From Tubulanus polymorphus (taxonomy: Eukaryota; Animalia; Nemertea), in the NCBI RefSeq assembly GCF_964204645.1, contig NC_134034.1:5306914-5370913 (forward strand): a stretch of DNA of 64,000 bases, given 5' to 3'. Made by a program: the position numbers and the translations under genes. Positions 46,060 through 60,118 of this stretch are shown here, piece by piece (position 1 is the stretch's first letter; every line of letters starts with the position of its first letter). The notes beneath the pieces were generated by a model. That model did not search any database. It was not told the DNA's origin and saw only the letters and a list, made by a program, of their open reading frames with translations.

Positions 46060-47430
46060 ATTTATTAATTTTTTTCCACCGGTTGGCAAAAAGTATTCAG
46101 ATAAAATACCTCACACTACCACTAATTTTAAGGCATTTCTTCCTAATAAAAAATGACAATGTTATGATTCTGCAATCTACAAATACAAATAGTGAGGAAA
46201 TATTTAAAATGATCAACCAGCTTTCCCCGAAACAAAGTACGGGTTCAGATATTTTAACTAATAAACTATTGAAATTTTGTTCCCAGTTAAATGAAAATAC
46301 CAAAGGTTATCCTCCTCATAAAACTGGAAGCAAACAGACTCTAAACAATAATTGTCCGATTTGGCCCTACTACTAGTCTTATCCGAGATCTTGTTCATAA
46401 GCGACTATATAATTTCTTGTTAAAATTTGAAATTCTAAATACTACGCAACATGCCTTTGGACCAAATCATTCTACGGCTCATGCCATAGCTGATTTTATT
46501 GGTAACATTATCTCTAATAAAGAAAAAATACATTTTTCTTTGGGTATGTCTTGACAAGCTACTCTATAAATTGTATCACTATGAAATCAGGGGACGCGCA
46601 TTCAACTGGTTCCATAGTTATCTCAAAAATAGACGATGTATGTTAACTACAATAACTCAACTTTAATACATTTACGCATCGAGTACCGTATGGCTCAGTC
46701 TTAGGTCTGCTTCTTCTTCTTGTTTACGTTAACGATCTTAATCATAATCTCAAACATTCTAGAGCCAACTCAAATGCCAATGAAACAAAGCTCCTATGTA
46801 CTGAAAATAATCTTTCTGAACTACTTCGAAATGCTAATATGATTTAAAATTATTAACCTCCTGGTTTCATGCCAATCACCTTACCCTCAACATGAAAAAA
46901 AATTATATGCTTACTATTCAAACCAAAAATGCATGTATTGGCGTCAGAAAACTTTAGAATAGAATTAGAAAATTTTAATTTAGAATTAACTAGGATTAAT
47001 TATTGATGCTGATCTCATTTGGAATTAACGCATTGAAGCTTAATAAATTGAATAGAAATTTGTACCTGCTAAGGACAGTTAAGAATAAGTTCCCAGGTTT
47101 TTTTAAAAACTATTTACAATTCCTATATTCACTATCATCTTAATTATACACTCATTGTTTGGAGACCACTCCTTTCTTCAATAGTATTTTCAAAATTCAG
47201 AAAAAAAGCTCTACGACTTATAAATAATGCTGCCTTCAATGCACCAACATCCCCTATTTTCAAAAAATACAAAATTCTTAAATTTGCTGATCGTGTCTAC
47301 AATTTACTATATCTAAATTCAAAATTACACGATTATAACACTAGTAACAGGAATAATGCCAGAGTCCAATTTCATACCACGAAACTCTTTCATGATTCCT
47401 TTTTAAGTAGAATTCCAATTTTATGCCAGA
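46060..47430 (+). mobile_element. Heavily degraded CR1/L2-group LINE
   Basis: EEIFKMINQLSPKQSTGSDI; VPYGSVLGLLLLLVYVNDL near 46680; many stops. Confidence 0.7.
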
Positions 47431-47660
47431 ACTCTGATTTATCATGACTTTATATTTTGTTTTCTCCGATGCCATTTTTCGACGAACTTCTTTCAAAAAG
47501 TCTCAAAAATAATTTCTGCCAACATTTGATATTCTGCGCATGATATAGATTTTTTCATCTTTAGGATATGAACAGCTTTAAAGAAACATTTGACAGATAC
47601 ATTTCATGACTGATCAAACCTTCTGGGTCGATATTTCATAATTATCTGATGTAAATCAGA

Positions 47661-47705
47661 AATGCTGAAGATGGCTATTAGTATACAGTTGAAACTTTCG
47701 AATAA
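47661..47705 (+). ncRNA. Degenerate Penelope-type hammerhead motif
   Basis: CTGAAGA-T-GGCTAT..ACAGTT-GAAAC; downstream ~130 bp resembles the copies at 49570 and 56594. Confidence 0.4.
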
Positions 47706-48204
47706 ACCTCCAGCTCAAGGAAACATTTTCGGACTTTTTCATCATTATTGTGGAATCTCGTTATATTATTGTCACAACACTGATCAGTGTTTTATCAATC
47801 ATGTAACTTGGCTACATTCGATTTATTTAATAAATCTTGTTGCGCTTTCACCCAAGTTATAAAGTTTTCCCGTGGTTATTACTTGGTTGACTTATTTTGC
47901 ATCGTTCCAATGATAAGTCTTTAAACTGACTCCTAAAATGGAATAATCTTGACGAAACCTTGATTGATTACAAAGTACTTTTCACACATCGATGAGATGT
48001 ATTACTATATTTCCTAGCCATTCATTTTTTTCATAGTTTGCCTATCTATGTACCGATTCCTAATAAGACTGCTTCTTTGAACCTCGGGACTCTAAAGTCC
48101 TCTTGTTAAGCTTCTGATGCTCGGTTCAGCCGGACTTCTTATAATCTAATCTATGCAGAAAAGTTAGACCAAGCGTCGTTGTTGACAAACTTAATCACGA
48201 GTGA

Positions 48205-48545
48205 TCATGACGTCGCGTGTCCCTCGTGACCTCTAACCAATGAGGCGCATCAGGGACAAAGAACTCCAACCAATGGAGCGCGTCGGGACAGAAACTTTTA
48301 TCCAATCAAAACGTCGGGGACTTGGAGCCCTATATAAGGGGCGTGGAGCTCTAGTTTGGGAATCATTTTTCTATTAGCACCAAGATACTTAAATCAAGCA
48401 AGCTACTCATTACTTAAAGATAAATCGACGTGACACGATGTAAGCGTTACCTCCCACGTTTCGATAGGGACTCCCCATTGGGGATGTGATTACTACACAG
48501 TTAAGACAGTTTTTATATGTCTAATTATTTATTGTTGCCCTGCAG
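48205..48545 (+). promoter_or_regulatory. Pol II promoter-like module with a leader intron
   Basis: TGACGTC at ~48208; CCAAT at 48237, 48270 and 48302; TATATAAG at 48331; GTAAGC...CCCTGCAG intron-like segment ~48441-48545. Confidence 0.5.
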
Positions 48546-49569
48546 CGGCCTTGATTGTCCGGTTTTTGCGGTTACCGCCATGTTTCTTTTGTACGAAATT
48601 CCTTAGTCCTAATCAACCATTACTGGACTATCTTTATCTAGGGTTGTTCCTAATGACAACCTTATCAATTTCCATATGAGTGGTATTACTGTCCCGGGTG
48701 GGTGGATTTCGGCGATGGTGGCTGGTGTTCTCAAAGTCTCGGCCCCCCTACAGTCCGGATGGTACATGAATGGAAGATGATGGCTTGGTGTGGAAGGTTC
48801 AACCACTGATGGGAATGGTGCATTGGTCCTTGGAACAGCGAAGGAACAAAGAAGGCCTACGCAATCGGCAGATCAGATGTCCGACGACATTCTTCAGAGA
48901 CTGCAGACCGGCCCTGTCGCCGAATCCATTTCTCCCCTGTTACTCAATCCTTATTCTGTTACTCAAAAGTATTCTATATTGAGTCGCCACAATATTGTGA
49001 TGCTCGGACTGGGACGCACCTTGAACCAATAGGAGGCACGACGATGAGAGGGACCCCGACGTTAGTTTTATGGCCCGGCCCATGCGCAAGGGAGGCTAAG
49101 CTGCACACCAGTAATGAGTGGCGGTATATTGTCTGGTGGAGCCGTTGTGAGAAAATCTGGCCTGGTGTGTTGTCGAGAAACTGACCTGGTGGGCCAGCCG
49201 GTTACTGCGCCCGACCTATTCGGTTACAATTATTCGGATTGATCAGGCGTTAAAAATATCGTAATTCATTACGGATAAATTGTGAAGTGTTTAAAGACAA
49301 TGATCTGAACCGTGACCGAGTAGCTCTAGAACGGAGAATCTGCTAATACGTTTACAACAAAAACACTCGAGTACCGGGTCTTCTTCGTCTACGCCACCAG
49401 ATGGTTGAAAGTAAGACGCTTTTTCGCAATAACAATGCGGTAAAAATAAACGCCGAATTGAACAAGAATGTTATCATTTTTTCAAGAAAGTTGAAAACTG
49501 TAGACGGATTCGAGTACACAATGGCGTTGGAATGAGGATGAGGAGAGAATCCCACAATGATAATAAAAA

Positions 49570-49613
49570 GATTCCTGAAGATGACTATTAGGATATAGTC
49601 GAAACGATGAATA
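49570..49613 (+). ncRNA. Penelope-type minimal hammerhead motif (cleavage triplet mutated)
   Basis: ATTC-CTGAAGA-T-GACTAT/ATAGTC-GAAAC-GAT-GAAT. Confidence 0.55.
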
Positions 49614-52600
49614 AACTACTATCTCGAAGTTTCATTTTCGGACTTTTTATTATCATTGTGGGATTCTCTCCTCATCGCGTCAACACGGATATTGTGTTTT
49701 ACCTATCGTGGCGTTGGAATGATTGGCTAAAAGCTTGATAAAAACGAAAACCTCCACGGTTTCGTGAAAACGGTAAGCGGCTGTTTTTCTTTGAGGATGG
49801 AGTTCCCAGGCATGGAATAGAAAGGAAAATGGAGTTCACATTGATGGATTCGACTAGGAGGTTAATTGAGGCAGGAACAACTGTTGCGGAAGTATATGAC
49901 GAATAGAGAGTGTATATACTACGGGTGTACTTGGCATCAAAGAACAAGAATTGACGAAGAATAGTGTGGGAGGCTCCGTTGAGTTGAATTCATCCGGTGA
50001 TAGCGGTGTTATTACATTCCCTCCTTAATCAAAAAATGACGTGGAGTATATAAATGAATTGACTGCTGATTATGCGGAGCTAGCAATGAATGCATATGAA
50101 ATTGAATAAGTGAGCTGACAGGTGGCTGTCGACTCTTGTGATACGCTGCCCATGATTTAAATCATCTATCTTCACGTTTGCTGCATGCAGATGATCCAGC
50201 TACTTCTGCTCTTTTTCAGGTCATGAGTTACCATTGCAATAGTGAATTATACTGTTTGTTAAAGAAAATTATACTATGTACATGTATATGACGTCATGAT
50301 CCTGCAGTACAACCAGATAAACTGACTGATTAAACAAGAAGGGCCTACGCTTGAAATGCGTCACTAATTAGTTCAATGATCATTAGGCATAATTTTCTGG
50401 TAGTTTGTTTTATTTTAATGGTAACTTAATCTAACTAGATAGTGGTTATCATTTGAATAGGGACTTAGATGTTAAATCAGTTAAATAATTTTAATCAGTA
50501 TCAAAGAGAGAAGTCATCACGACAAGGATTCGTATTTGTAAATGTTTATCGCCAATACTGTTGATATAATACACCGCGTGTAGGACAAGACCTAGACGGC
50601 AAAAAATTAGAAATACAATTTGCAACTTTATTTCATTAAAAATAATAATTATTATAATTGTAATTAAAATCATTAAAAAAACAGTAATAACAATTTCCAT
50701 TATATCATTACGTGCAAGTAATTCTTAAGTTTTTGATGTGGCTGCTAGTCTCCAGGCCTTTAGATTGATTTTGTCAAAGTTTGAAATTTCTAATCGGTGT
50801 TTCCGAGAGATTCAGCTCGCATGGCCAGTCTATTGAAATGTACAAAACTGCTGTATTAATAGGAAAATAAAGATAGAGAAAACAACACCAATAAAGAAAG
50901 TTATCCAATTGTTGAACGATGGTGAAAATGCTGGTGGTGATGATCGAGACACAATCAGTATATCGCAACTGAGGATAGTTTTGAAAGTTTGGTTTATGCA
51001 ATCAAGTATAACTAGAATTACTGAAACCAGGCCCTGAAATAAACACGTCCAACAATACTGCATTAAAACATACTTGCCCTTTAGGACTAATCGAAGGCTA
51101 ATATTTGCCAATAATTTAAGCTTAACGAGGTTTTCAATTAATGACAAAAACCATGAGGATGTTTCTCTTCATAACCAGAACCGTGAAAATGAAAACGGCT
51201 TTAAAAAAACAGCATTTCAAAATAAAAACGGGTAGCGCAAATTATTCTTAATGAAATTGTCGAGTCAAAAGTTGAATATAATTTCCTTCTCCATTATAAA
51301 AAATTAAGAATACATTCCATTTGTTTCCTTCATAACGGAAATGGAAACGAAAAAAACAGACTTTTATCGCACGTCGGACGATTCAGAGTAAACGATACTG
51401 GGTAGTTTTTAATTACAGATTGGTCTTGAAAATTGCGAGAAGAAAAAACAGAAGTGATTAAAAGTGTAATTATTTAGTAGTAAGTACAATATTCGATCAA
51501 AAATACAAAAAAAACATAAGTCTTCATTCGAAATTTTACATTAATCCATAGCTTTTGAATTTTTGCTGGAGGATACAAGCTTGCGCGATCTCTCAAAGAT
51601 GACAACTCATCTTAAATCATGAAAGTTTAAGTCTAAGGAAGCAATTATCGGATTAACAGGTGCACATGAATCCATTGTAAGGTAATATAATCAGTTTAGT
51701 AATCATAATTATAACTTTTTAAATATCTTTGATCAAGGTACAACCCCCCCCCCCCCCCCATCAAATGAAGAAAGACTGATGCACACAGAAAGGTAAAAAC
51801 TATGCTCATTCAATTTCGTTAAGGAATGTATTCATTCAATATTGGACATTCTGAATCTATATCTCGACACATAATCATTGTAGTCATCGCTGTGCGGATA
51901 TATCATATAAACAATTTAACCCATCGATCAGTGAAGATATTATATTGAATGGTCAAAAGATATGAAAAGTGAGTGTAAGTACGTCTACACGCTTCGATGA
52001 CGTTGTAGCAGTCGGTGTTTTTTCCTTCAGATCTAGGTTGAGTCAAGTAATATACATGTCATAATTTCAATTGTCATATTTTTTACCATTTTCGTTTTAG
52101 CCTGGTGATGTACTTCTCTCCAACTGAAAAGAATATGGCCCATTCGCTTCCGTAATAACCGAGGACACCAATCCAATGTCATGCGATAATGCCGTTCAAA
52201 ATATTTGGAAGCTTGGTTATAGATAAAGGGTCTATTGAAACGCTATCCTAAACAAACATCGAGCCAATTAACAACCCAGGTGTTACCCGTATGTAAGATA
52301 AGCAGAGCTTCTCATCGTGAAAATCGGATCAATGACATATGTCCAATTTGGTTAACAACTGCCTTGAAAACCTGTAAATTTGTTAAATTCTGAAAGCATC
52401 AGGTTATTAATCATGTAAACAGAAACCCGACTTTAGTTTTAATCAAATATGGAGATGTGTATATATGCCAAGACTGTTATGTGGTATAGATTTTATGCCG
52501 TAAATTTGTCATTTTTGGCTCCATATAATGCATCGGAAAGTAAAAAAGTGCACATAAATCGAGCTCGATCAGCAGAACTTCCAAAGTATGAAGCCAAGAA

Positions 52601-52625
52601 CTTGTTGCACGAAATAATTCACAGG

Positions 52626-55600
52626 GCCTGGTTACACGAACGAGGACTTTTGATTCGAATTAGGTGATAATTCTGCTTATTTGGAATTAGTTAATTCGAT
52701 GATGTTTCACAAAGGCGATTCAGCGAAAAATTTCCAATCCGAATTATCTCCGAAGTTAATTCCGAAATAGCTACCCATAATGCATAATTCCTAGTAATAC
52801 ACTATCGATAATGGAGTGCGCGGATCCAAAGCGTAAACAGCGCGGATCCAAAGCGTAAACAATATTTCACACGAGAAGAGAAGAGCATGATCGTAGATCT
52901 AGTTAAAAACAAGTACGATGAATTGTATGGTCAGTTAAGACTGTTTGCTTATGTATGTAATTCCCATCGAGTAGTCTTAACTGACAAAAGCAAACAAATG
53001 AATTGGAGCGAGATAGCAAGATCCATTTCGAGTTCAGGAGTCGCGTAATAATAAATTTGTTTGAATAACTGCCAAAAAAGGTGAGAAAATTGTCATGAAA
53101 AAAGAAGCAGGAAAAAAAGGTAGTGGGACATCCCCAAAATCGCTGGACAAAGCAATTTCGGCGATAGTCGAATTTTTTGATGGGGCGCCAAATTGGGATG
53201 GAATATTAGCTGTCAACCCAATCGAAAGTTAAAGCATATTAGCACGTTAAGACATTAGCCATTCAATTCACATATTCCACCTTGGAACTTTATTCATTTT
53301 GACACAAAGGCCACACAAAGAAATTCCTTAGTTTCTCATCAGTGTTTTTTTTTCTGGAAAGTGACAAGGGCGGGCGAATTTTATTTTCATTGCTTTTTGA
53401 AATAAAGAAGTTGGAATCAAAAGCTCAACGAAACTTATAGAACAGACGCGGGAGGAAAGTTTTTTTTTCACCAATGGCAAACAAATGCCAGTAATGCAAG
53501 TAGAACATAAGCACTGTAAGAGTCTACCTGCTATTTTTTTCGGACGTTTTATTCGTCCGGTTCCGGGTCGAGTCCTGGCCCATTGTTTTAGGTAATTTTT
53601 TTGTTTTGCGCCTGCGCGCTGGTGTTTTGTTGGGTTTCCGCCCGGTCGAAGTGAACAGTTTTTCCATGGCCGTCGGGTCTAGTTTCTAGTGTTTAGTGGC
53701 CTCAACGTTTTGGTATGTGTTTTTAGTTTTGTATTTTCGTTAAACGTGTATAGGTCTCATTGCCGGTTAGTTTGTTATGGGCCTAAGCCTGTTGTAATGT
53801 GAATTTTATACAAGTCAATTTTGGCTCATTTTTTACCATGTGCCGAGGTGGCAGCACCTACCGGTCTGTGTGTGAAACTGTATTTCAGTTCTTTTCTTTT
53901 TAGTTAATCATCATTCATTGATCTAACAACGTTAGAGATACTCAGACCTTGTCGTTCGTGTTATTTTATTTGTCTCAGTCGTCGTGGTTTTTAAGACAGT
54001 CTACCGGAGCGGAGTTTGAGGATCTGACATTGACAAACTTTTACAAGCACAAAACTTCTTTTTAGAACTAACTAGCTCCCTATACCTATATAATCACACT
54101 ATATCGAATCATTTAAGCGAAACTGAGACAATCATTTTCGCTGTTTTCACCCGTCCTCGAAATGAGGTAAAAGGAAACGAACCTGGCGCTGTTTTTGTCA
54201 TTGTAAATGTGAATTACCAGTACGTCGAGGATGAGCACATAAACGCAGAAAAAAATAACCACTGTCGTCCACTACACAGCTATGCGAGCGAGCGGATTTT
54301 TATTTCTTAATAAAAGACAATTGATGCTCCGATGCGGGCGGGTGCATTTGTCTTTTTAATCTTTATTAGGGACTTTTTTCATGACGTGGGCGGCATGTGG
54401 CCTTATAAATTTTATCATTCAAGCGCATTTTGTTTGTTTACGTCTGCTAACGTCTAGAATATTTGAGAATTCTATGTATTTTGCGGATTGGTTTGATAGG
54501 TTCCATGGCTCTTAGACGCAACCTTTCACCTCTTCTTCAAATCGTGACCGTCTAAAATTTGTGATTTGAGAGCATGAGTTTGAGCTTGCTTAATACACAA
54601 TCTTAGGAGTTATTGCTCGGCAATTTAATGTTCGAATCCCATTGATTACATATATTTATTTAATTCTATGCACTTTAGGCACTGCAGGCTATCCTCGGGG
54701 GAAATCGAATTTCACCATCTAGAATATGGAATCGCCTCTTCCAAACTCCAAATGTCCTTTCAATGAGGCACCTAGTCTTTTTGTGCGCAACATCATACCT
54801 TGACTATGAATCTTTTAGTGCCTGAAAACTGATAAAACCTATAGTGCATGTTTACTGATTCATCAGAGATAGGCAAAAAGTGTCTAAGTGCCTGTACACT
54901 GATTCATCAGTGGTCATTTTTGAAACGACTGTACTAGATTGTGCTAAATATGTTAAATGATTTTGACCTGGATTTTAAACAGTCATTGAGCAGGAGTGAG
55001 TGAAAGGACATTGACTTAGAAGGTAGTTTAGAAAATGATTTTCACTCAAGTTATAATGACGATTCAGACACAGTGAGGAAATTGACGATAACTGAGTACA
55101 TCAAACCTTCCCCAGGACCCCCAGACCTTGCTGGGGACGAGTAGTAGGGGGCGCTGTTGATGACGACCCCCAAGAGCTGGATGGTTGTAATTTCTCGAAA
55201 ATTAAATGACTAAATTATGTTATACTAAGTATCTATGAAGTTTTCTTCATTGTGAATCTTTATAAATGATACAATTTTAAAGATTTTTCCCTAAGAATTT
55301 ACATGAAAATTTCCATGTCTTTTGGATGTTTTCAGTTTCAAACTAATTTTCACAACTTCGTCAACAATAGGGTGATCTCCAAGATTCATTCACAGGAATG
55401 AAGCCAATGTCCGATGTTTTCTATTGCGGCTATTTCCTCTTTAAATTTATCCTTTGTCTCTGTTTGATTTTTTTAGATGAATGTAAAAAGTATACGGAAA
55501 TTCTCCAGGATAGTAATTTTAGAGTCGGGCCTAATTAAGGTTCTTCTACACATGGTAGAATAAAAAAAAATGCCAAAGGTAGTTAGTGACTAGGTGCGGT

Positions 55601-55870
55601 TTACAAGCATACCCTCTGTCTCCTAAAAGCCCACCATCTCCAACAAATCCACGATGATTCATTTCAAGGTGTCTAAAATTTTATTTTTCATTAGACTAGC
55701 ATGTGCCTTTAAAATGTATTTAGTCTTTAGGCATAGATGACATCAACCATGGATCCCTTCAATGGCCTACTTGCCAAGTGCAGAGTTGTTGAATATGTGC
55801 GCATCATTTGTAGAACCTGGCCAATTGCTAACGATGTTCAAAAATTTACCTAATTTTCACAAAGAATAAT
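52626..55870. mobile_element. Degraded Harbinger element with convergent Myb/SANT ORF (+) and transposase (-)
   Basis: FTREEKSMIVDLVKNKYDELYG at ~52866 (+); NWPGSTNDAHIF at ~55800 (-); AHKKTRCLIERTFGVWKRRF at ~54750 (-). Confidence 0.7.
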
Positions 55871-56593
55871 TGGTTTAAATTATTTCAACCGGTGAATTCA
55901 TTAGTAGTGAAAAGTGTCATTGAAAATATATTTGTTTTAAGAATTCTAAAAAGATTGCAATTGCAAAAGAAAATTTCTTTGATATTGCAGTGTCAATTAA
56001 TGATAAATGCCATTCTTAGTAACGGCTCTTGGCCAAATTGAGTATTCCCTAAATATTAATATCGTTTAAGCTTGAGCAGAGACACCGCAGTAGACACCGC
56101 TGTAGTTTTATAGAAACGTATCAATGTATAACCAGGGAAGTGTGATGAGATGGAATACGGACGCTATTGTGCAGCTCTTGTCGAATGTGCGTTGTAATTG
56201 CCCTAAAGCCGACAACGGTTCGTCGGCGAGCGCTTTGTTACGTAACGCGCCGATAAGCGATAACCAGCGAGATCGGGAATCTCCGTAATAATTCAGTTGT
56301 TTCCGAATATCGGTTTTTCATCCCATAATAAACTTACATAAAAATTCCTCTGTAAACTGGTTAAACTCAACACCTGATTTCCCCTCATCAATTTTAGTCG
56401 ATCAACTTGTATTCACAATTGTCTTAAATTTAAGTACCCCCTAGTTTGTCTCTTAACTGCTTCTCTTTAATCTGTTTTAGCGTGTAACTGTTTCTACGTT
56501 AATTTTCCTTTAGTTTGTATCATCTCTGATTACTTGAATTAGTCTCTTTGTCTCTGGATTGTATATATCTCTCATAATTTCTGTAGTATTCAT

Positions 56594-56637
56594 TATTTCT
56601 GAAGATGACTATTAGGACATAGACGAAACGTTGAATA
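56594..56637 (+). ncRNA. Penelope-type minimal type I hammerhead ribozyme
   Basis: TATTT-CTGAAGA-T-GACTAT/ATAGAC-GAAAC-GTT-GAATA; stem I TATTT/GAATA; palindromic ACGT stem III. Confidence 0.6.
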
Positions 56638-57305
56638 AACTACTAACATTTTTGGACTTTTTCGTTATCATTGTGCGATTCTCTCTACATCGCTTCAGAC
56701 GGATATAGTGTTTTATCAATCGTGATATCGGTTCTTTCCGCTGTATTAAAATGGCAACGGTTGTCAACGAAATTATAAATGATGACGATTTTGACGAACT
56801 ATTCTTTGATAGTGACGAATTGGTTCAGATCGATACGGAAATATTACGGGAATCCTCTGGATCAGGATCAACTAATTCGGCCGATTCTAGTGAGTGTTAT
56901 TCCTTTTGAATCAATGTAATATCGGAATAGTTTCCACCTAATTGCAGGCACTTTATTCTTTCCTTTTCTTTTTCATATAGGTACTTCTCAGGCTCAGCTG
57001 ACCAGAGACTGCGATCTGAACACGAGAAAACACACATACAGGTATTTTTTACATTTATTTTTATAATCAATACAATCCTTTTAGGTTATAAAATAATAAA
57101 CGAATACAGAAAATAATATATAAACATAATATAAAAAATCCAGATAAGTACATGTTAAAATAATAATCATTATTATTATTTTCGCAGGAACACTATATAT
57201 TTGGAAAAGGCTATGACTGAAGTGATTAACCATCGAGTATTTAAATTCAGTTCAAATGGAATGGCAGCAGTACATTATGGAAAATCGATCGATAAAATTT
57301 TGACT

Positions 57306-57596
57306 TCAAATACGTCGCCGTCCAGACTTGGAATTAACCAGTGGTTTACATGTCCATTGTTTTAATTTGATAGTCACAGGGACAGTTTTTTTAACGTTTT
57401 CGTTCTTACGCCATTTTTGTAATTTGACACGACACATATAACAGATATATATCGGGTACTGTTCAGCATCATCATCAAAATCAATGTTGAACAACTCCTT
57501 CACATGGCTTTTGAAATTATTTTTATCGATAGGACGACGATCCGGAGGTTTCGCATTTTTTCCACACAATCGACAAAGATCCATGACTAAAAACAA
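57306..57596 (-). pseudogene. C4 zinc-finger fragment resembling the RAG1/Chapaev N-terminal region
   Basis: LCRLCG...LFNIDFDDD...YPIYICYMC. Confidence 0.55.
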
Positions 57597-60118
57597 GAAA
57601 AGGTTATTAAATGAGATTGCTGATGCTATTTAGGCAACTTGGTTTATATGGGGGACAATAACTTGTAGGCCTAATGTAAGCGTTATTAAGTAACATTATT
57701 ATGTAGTAAATACACATTTTAAAGATCATACTTCGTGTATATGTTTGTGTCGTAACATAGCAACATGACGTCAGAAACAAAAGCTGCGCGAGTCTGGGCC
57801 GAAATATTTGACATCTTCAAGGCCCAAATAACGCTAAACCCGGAATCGGAACGAACTGGCAAAAACATATGTTTAACACATAAAAACAGACTTTAATCAC
57901 AATATAAATACTTAATGTTCCGATACCGGGTTTCGGAGATATAGAAGGATAAAAATACATACCTTTTTGGACAAATTTTTCGAGAAATTGTTGAATTTCA
58001 ACCGATTTTCTAAAGAAAAATATGTGTATACACAGCCACTTCCACGTTGTTCAATGAACTGCAGTGCGCATGCGTAGTATCGATCGCAGAACATTTATCG
58101 GGCTAAAACTATTGCGGGTTGTTCTGCGACCAAATCAAAGTTGATGTTGACTGGTGTTCAGCTGGTAACACACACTCGATAAGCGTAGCTTACTGCTGTT
58201 GCGGTAACCTTTGATGTACGGGCTGAATTGAATAGCCTACATCCGGCAATTAAAAGCGTCCGTATTCCATCTCATCACACTTCCCTGGTATAACTAAGAC
58301 GATTTATTTACCATTACTATTGCATATAGCTTGAAGGTTTATCGATAGATATGACTTGCGGTTGATGTAGGCAGTCATTTTGCACTCGGCCTTCGTTTGC
58401 GGTTGCGAGTCCCATCTATGCACCGGTATGAGAATTTCCAGCGGATCCGCGGTTTCCAGCGGATTTCGGTGTATTGAAAAATATCATTTTCCATATAGTC
58501 CAAAAATGATGTATCAGTCGGCTGATCCGTTGCGATTGGTAATCGGGTGAACCGTAAAAGTGTTCAGCGCCAATTTTACTTGTCGCGACTGACTTTGTTT
58601 CAACTACGATGTGTAGGTATTTTATCGATCGGGTTGAAGACACAAGCGCGTGGCAACAACAGTAATGTATATAGGCCTACTACTGTTGCTGCGTGCGTAC
58701 GTGGCGAACACCTTCAGGTATTATACGCTGTGTGATGATTTTTAGTGAGCTTCATCAGCGCATTTAATCCGCAAATTTTCAGGGCTCGACCCGTAATGCA
58801 TGAGATGCTCATAACCATCGAATGAGGATGTGCCAGATTGGAAATAGCCAATGCCATTACCTTCCAAAATATGATAGCCATTCGAGATCGTTTTAAGTGC
58901 TCGGAAAACGCTTTTAATTTCTAAAATTTTCATGGGGGAGGGCCCCCAAAAACGTATAAATGTTCATACAAAGATTTTTCGAATGACCGCTAATGCAAGC
59001 ATCCAATGAAGGTAAAAGAAAATTAAAATAATTTTCAAAATAATTTTCAAAAACGTGAAAGTGTTTTATTGTGAAATTTTAATTATGTCAATAAAGAATG
59101 AAATAAATTAGCATCAGCACTATGTCGCGCATGAATACCAATTTCAAGAATGATCCTGCACGCTCGACCAAGGTTGGTTTGGGCTGCTGAAATAACAAAA
59201 CCGATTAAATAAACTCATTAAACAAAGAAAACGACAACCGACATAGCCAATACACGAAAGGAACCTAGATTTTATTACTGCATTAAAATGTGTGTATATA
59301 TCAGAGCCCAAGAAAGTTTCTAATGAAAGTTATCGACTCCCCAAGCAAGTTATCAAACCATGGGATAGCAATATGGGCTTGCAAGCCTGCAACCCCATAA
59401 AAATGTTTTTTTTTCTCAAAATTAAATTCCATTACTAATTAAGGCGGGATTTTAAAAAATGAAACTATTTTTGGAGGTAGTCATGGGATTATGATATCCG
59501 AATATTGTCTATTTGCTGCCCTCATTCGTAACAAACACCGCCATTCTTGCAAGTGACACTATTTACTGACGAACCCGACCAATATATCCATTAGGAGAAT
59601 CATTGTTCACCGCGTTCTTTTTGTGTGGCACGTCCAAAGATGATGTGGATGTGGAAAAAAATTATGAATGTTTGTATTCATTTCCATATCTATGCTTAAG
59701 AATAAGGGGGCGGCGGGAAAAAGTAAAATTAAGTTTTCCCTTTTATACCTAGAATCGGAAAAACCTCGGATCCGTAATCCAACCAATAATAAAAAATCGG
59801 CCTCGATTTACTCTCTGCCGGAAGGGACTCTGGTGTTAGATCTTATCCATCGGATTACTTCACTCGTAAAACCACTCTGGTCAACAGAATGTTTTGTGAA
59901 CAGAATTCAAACAGATATTGTACCCGTTCGTTATATTCCTCGGCTTAAATGTCATAGAGGATAGTTCTTTGTATAGGCCTAAATAATTCTACCACCAAAT
60001 CAACTAATGATAACATTTTCGCTTCTTGTCAGTGAACTGTGCACATAAATCCTGTGGTCCTCACGTGTGTGTCTTGAAAACAAAACAAGAACAATCAGAT
60101 CCCATCAACTATATTCTC

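Larger units (their letters stand above)
56133..58287. mobile_element. Non-autonomous TIR element with a 7-bp TSD (P-superfamily-like ends)
   Basis: Perfect 33-bp TIR CAGGGAAGTGTGATGAGATGGAATACGGACGCT; TSD GTATAAC at 56126-56132 and 58288-58294. Confidence 0.85.

Noticed and set aside
56133-58287. ProtoRAG/Transib transposon
   Set aside because: Ends are CAGGG with a 7-bp TSD, not RSS-like CAC with a 5-bp TSD; no RAG1 core or RAG2 kelch motifs seen
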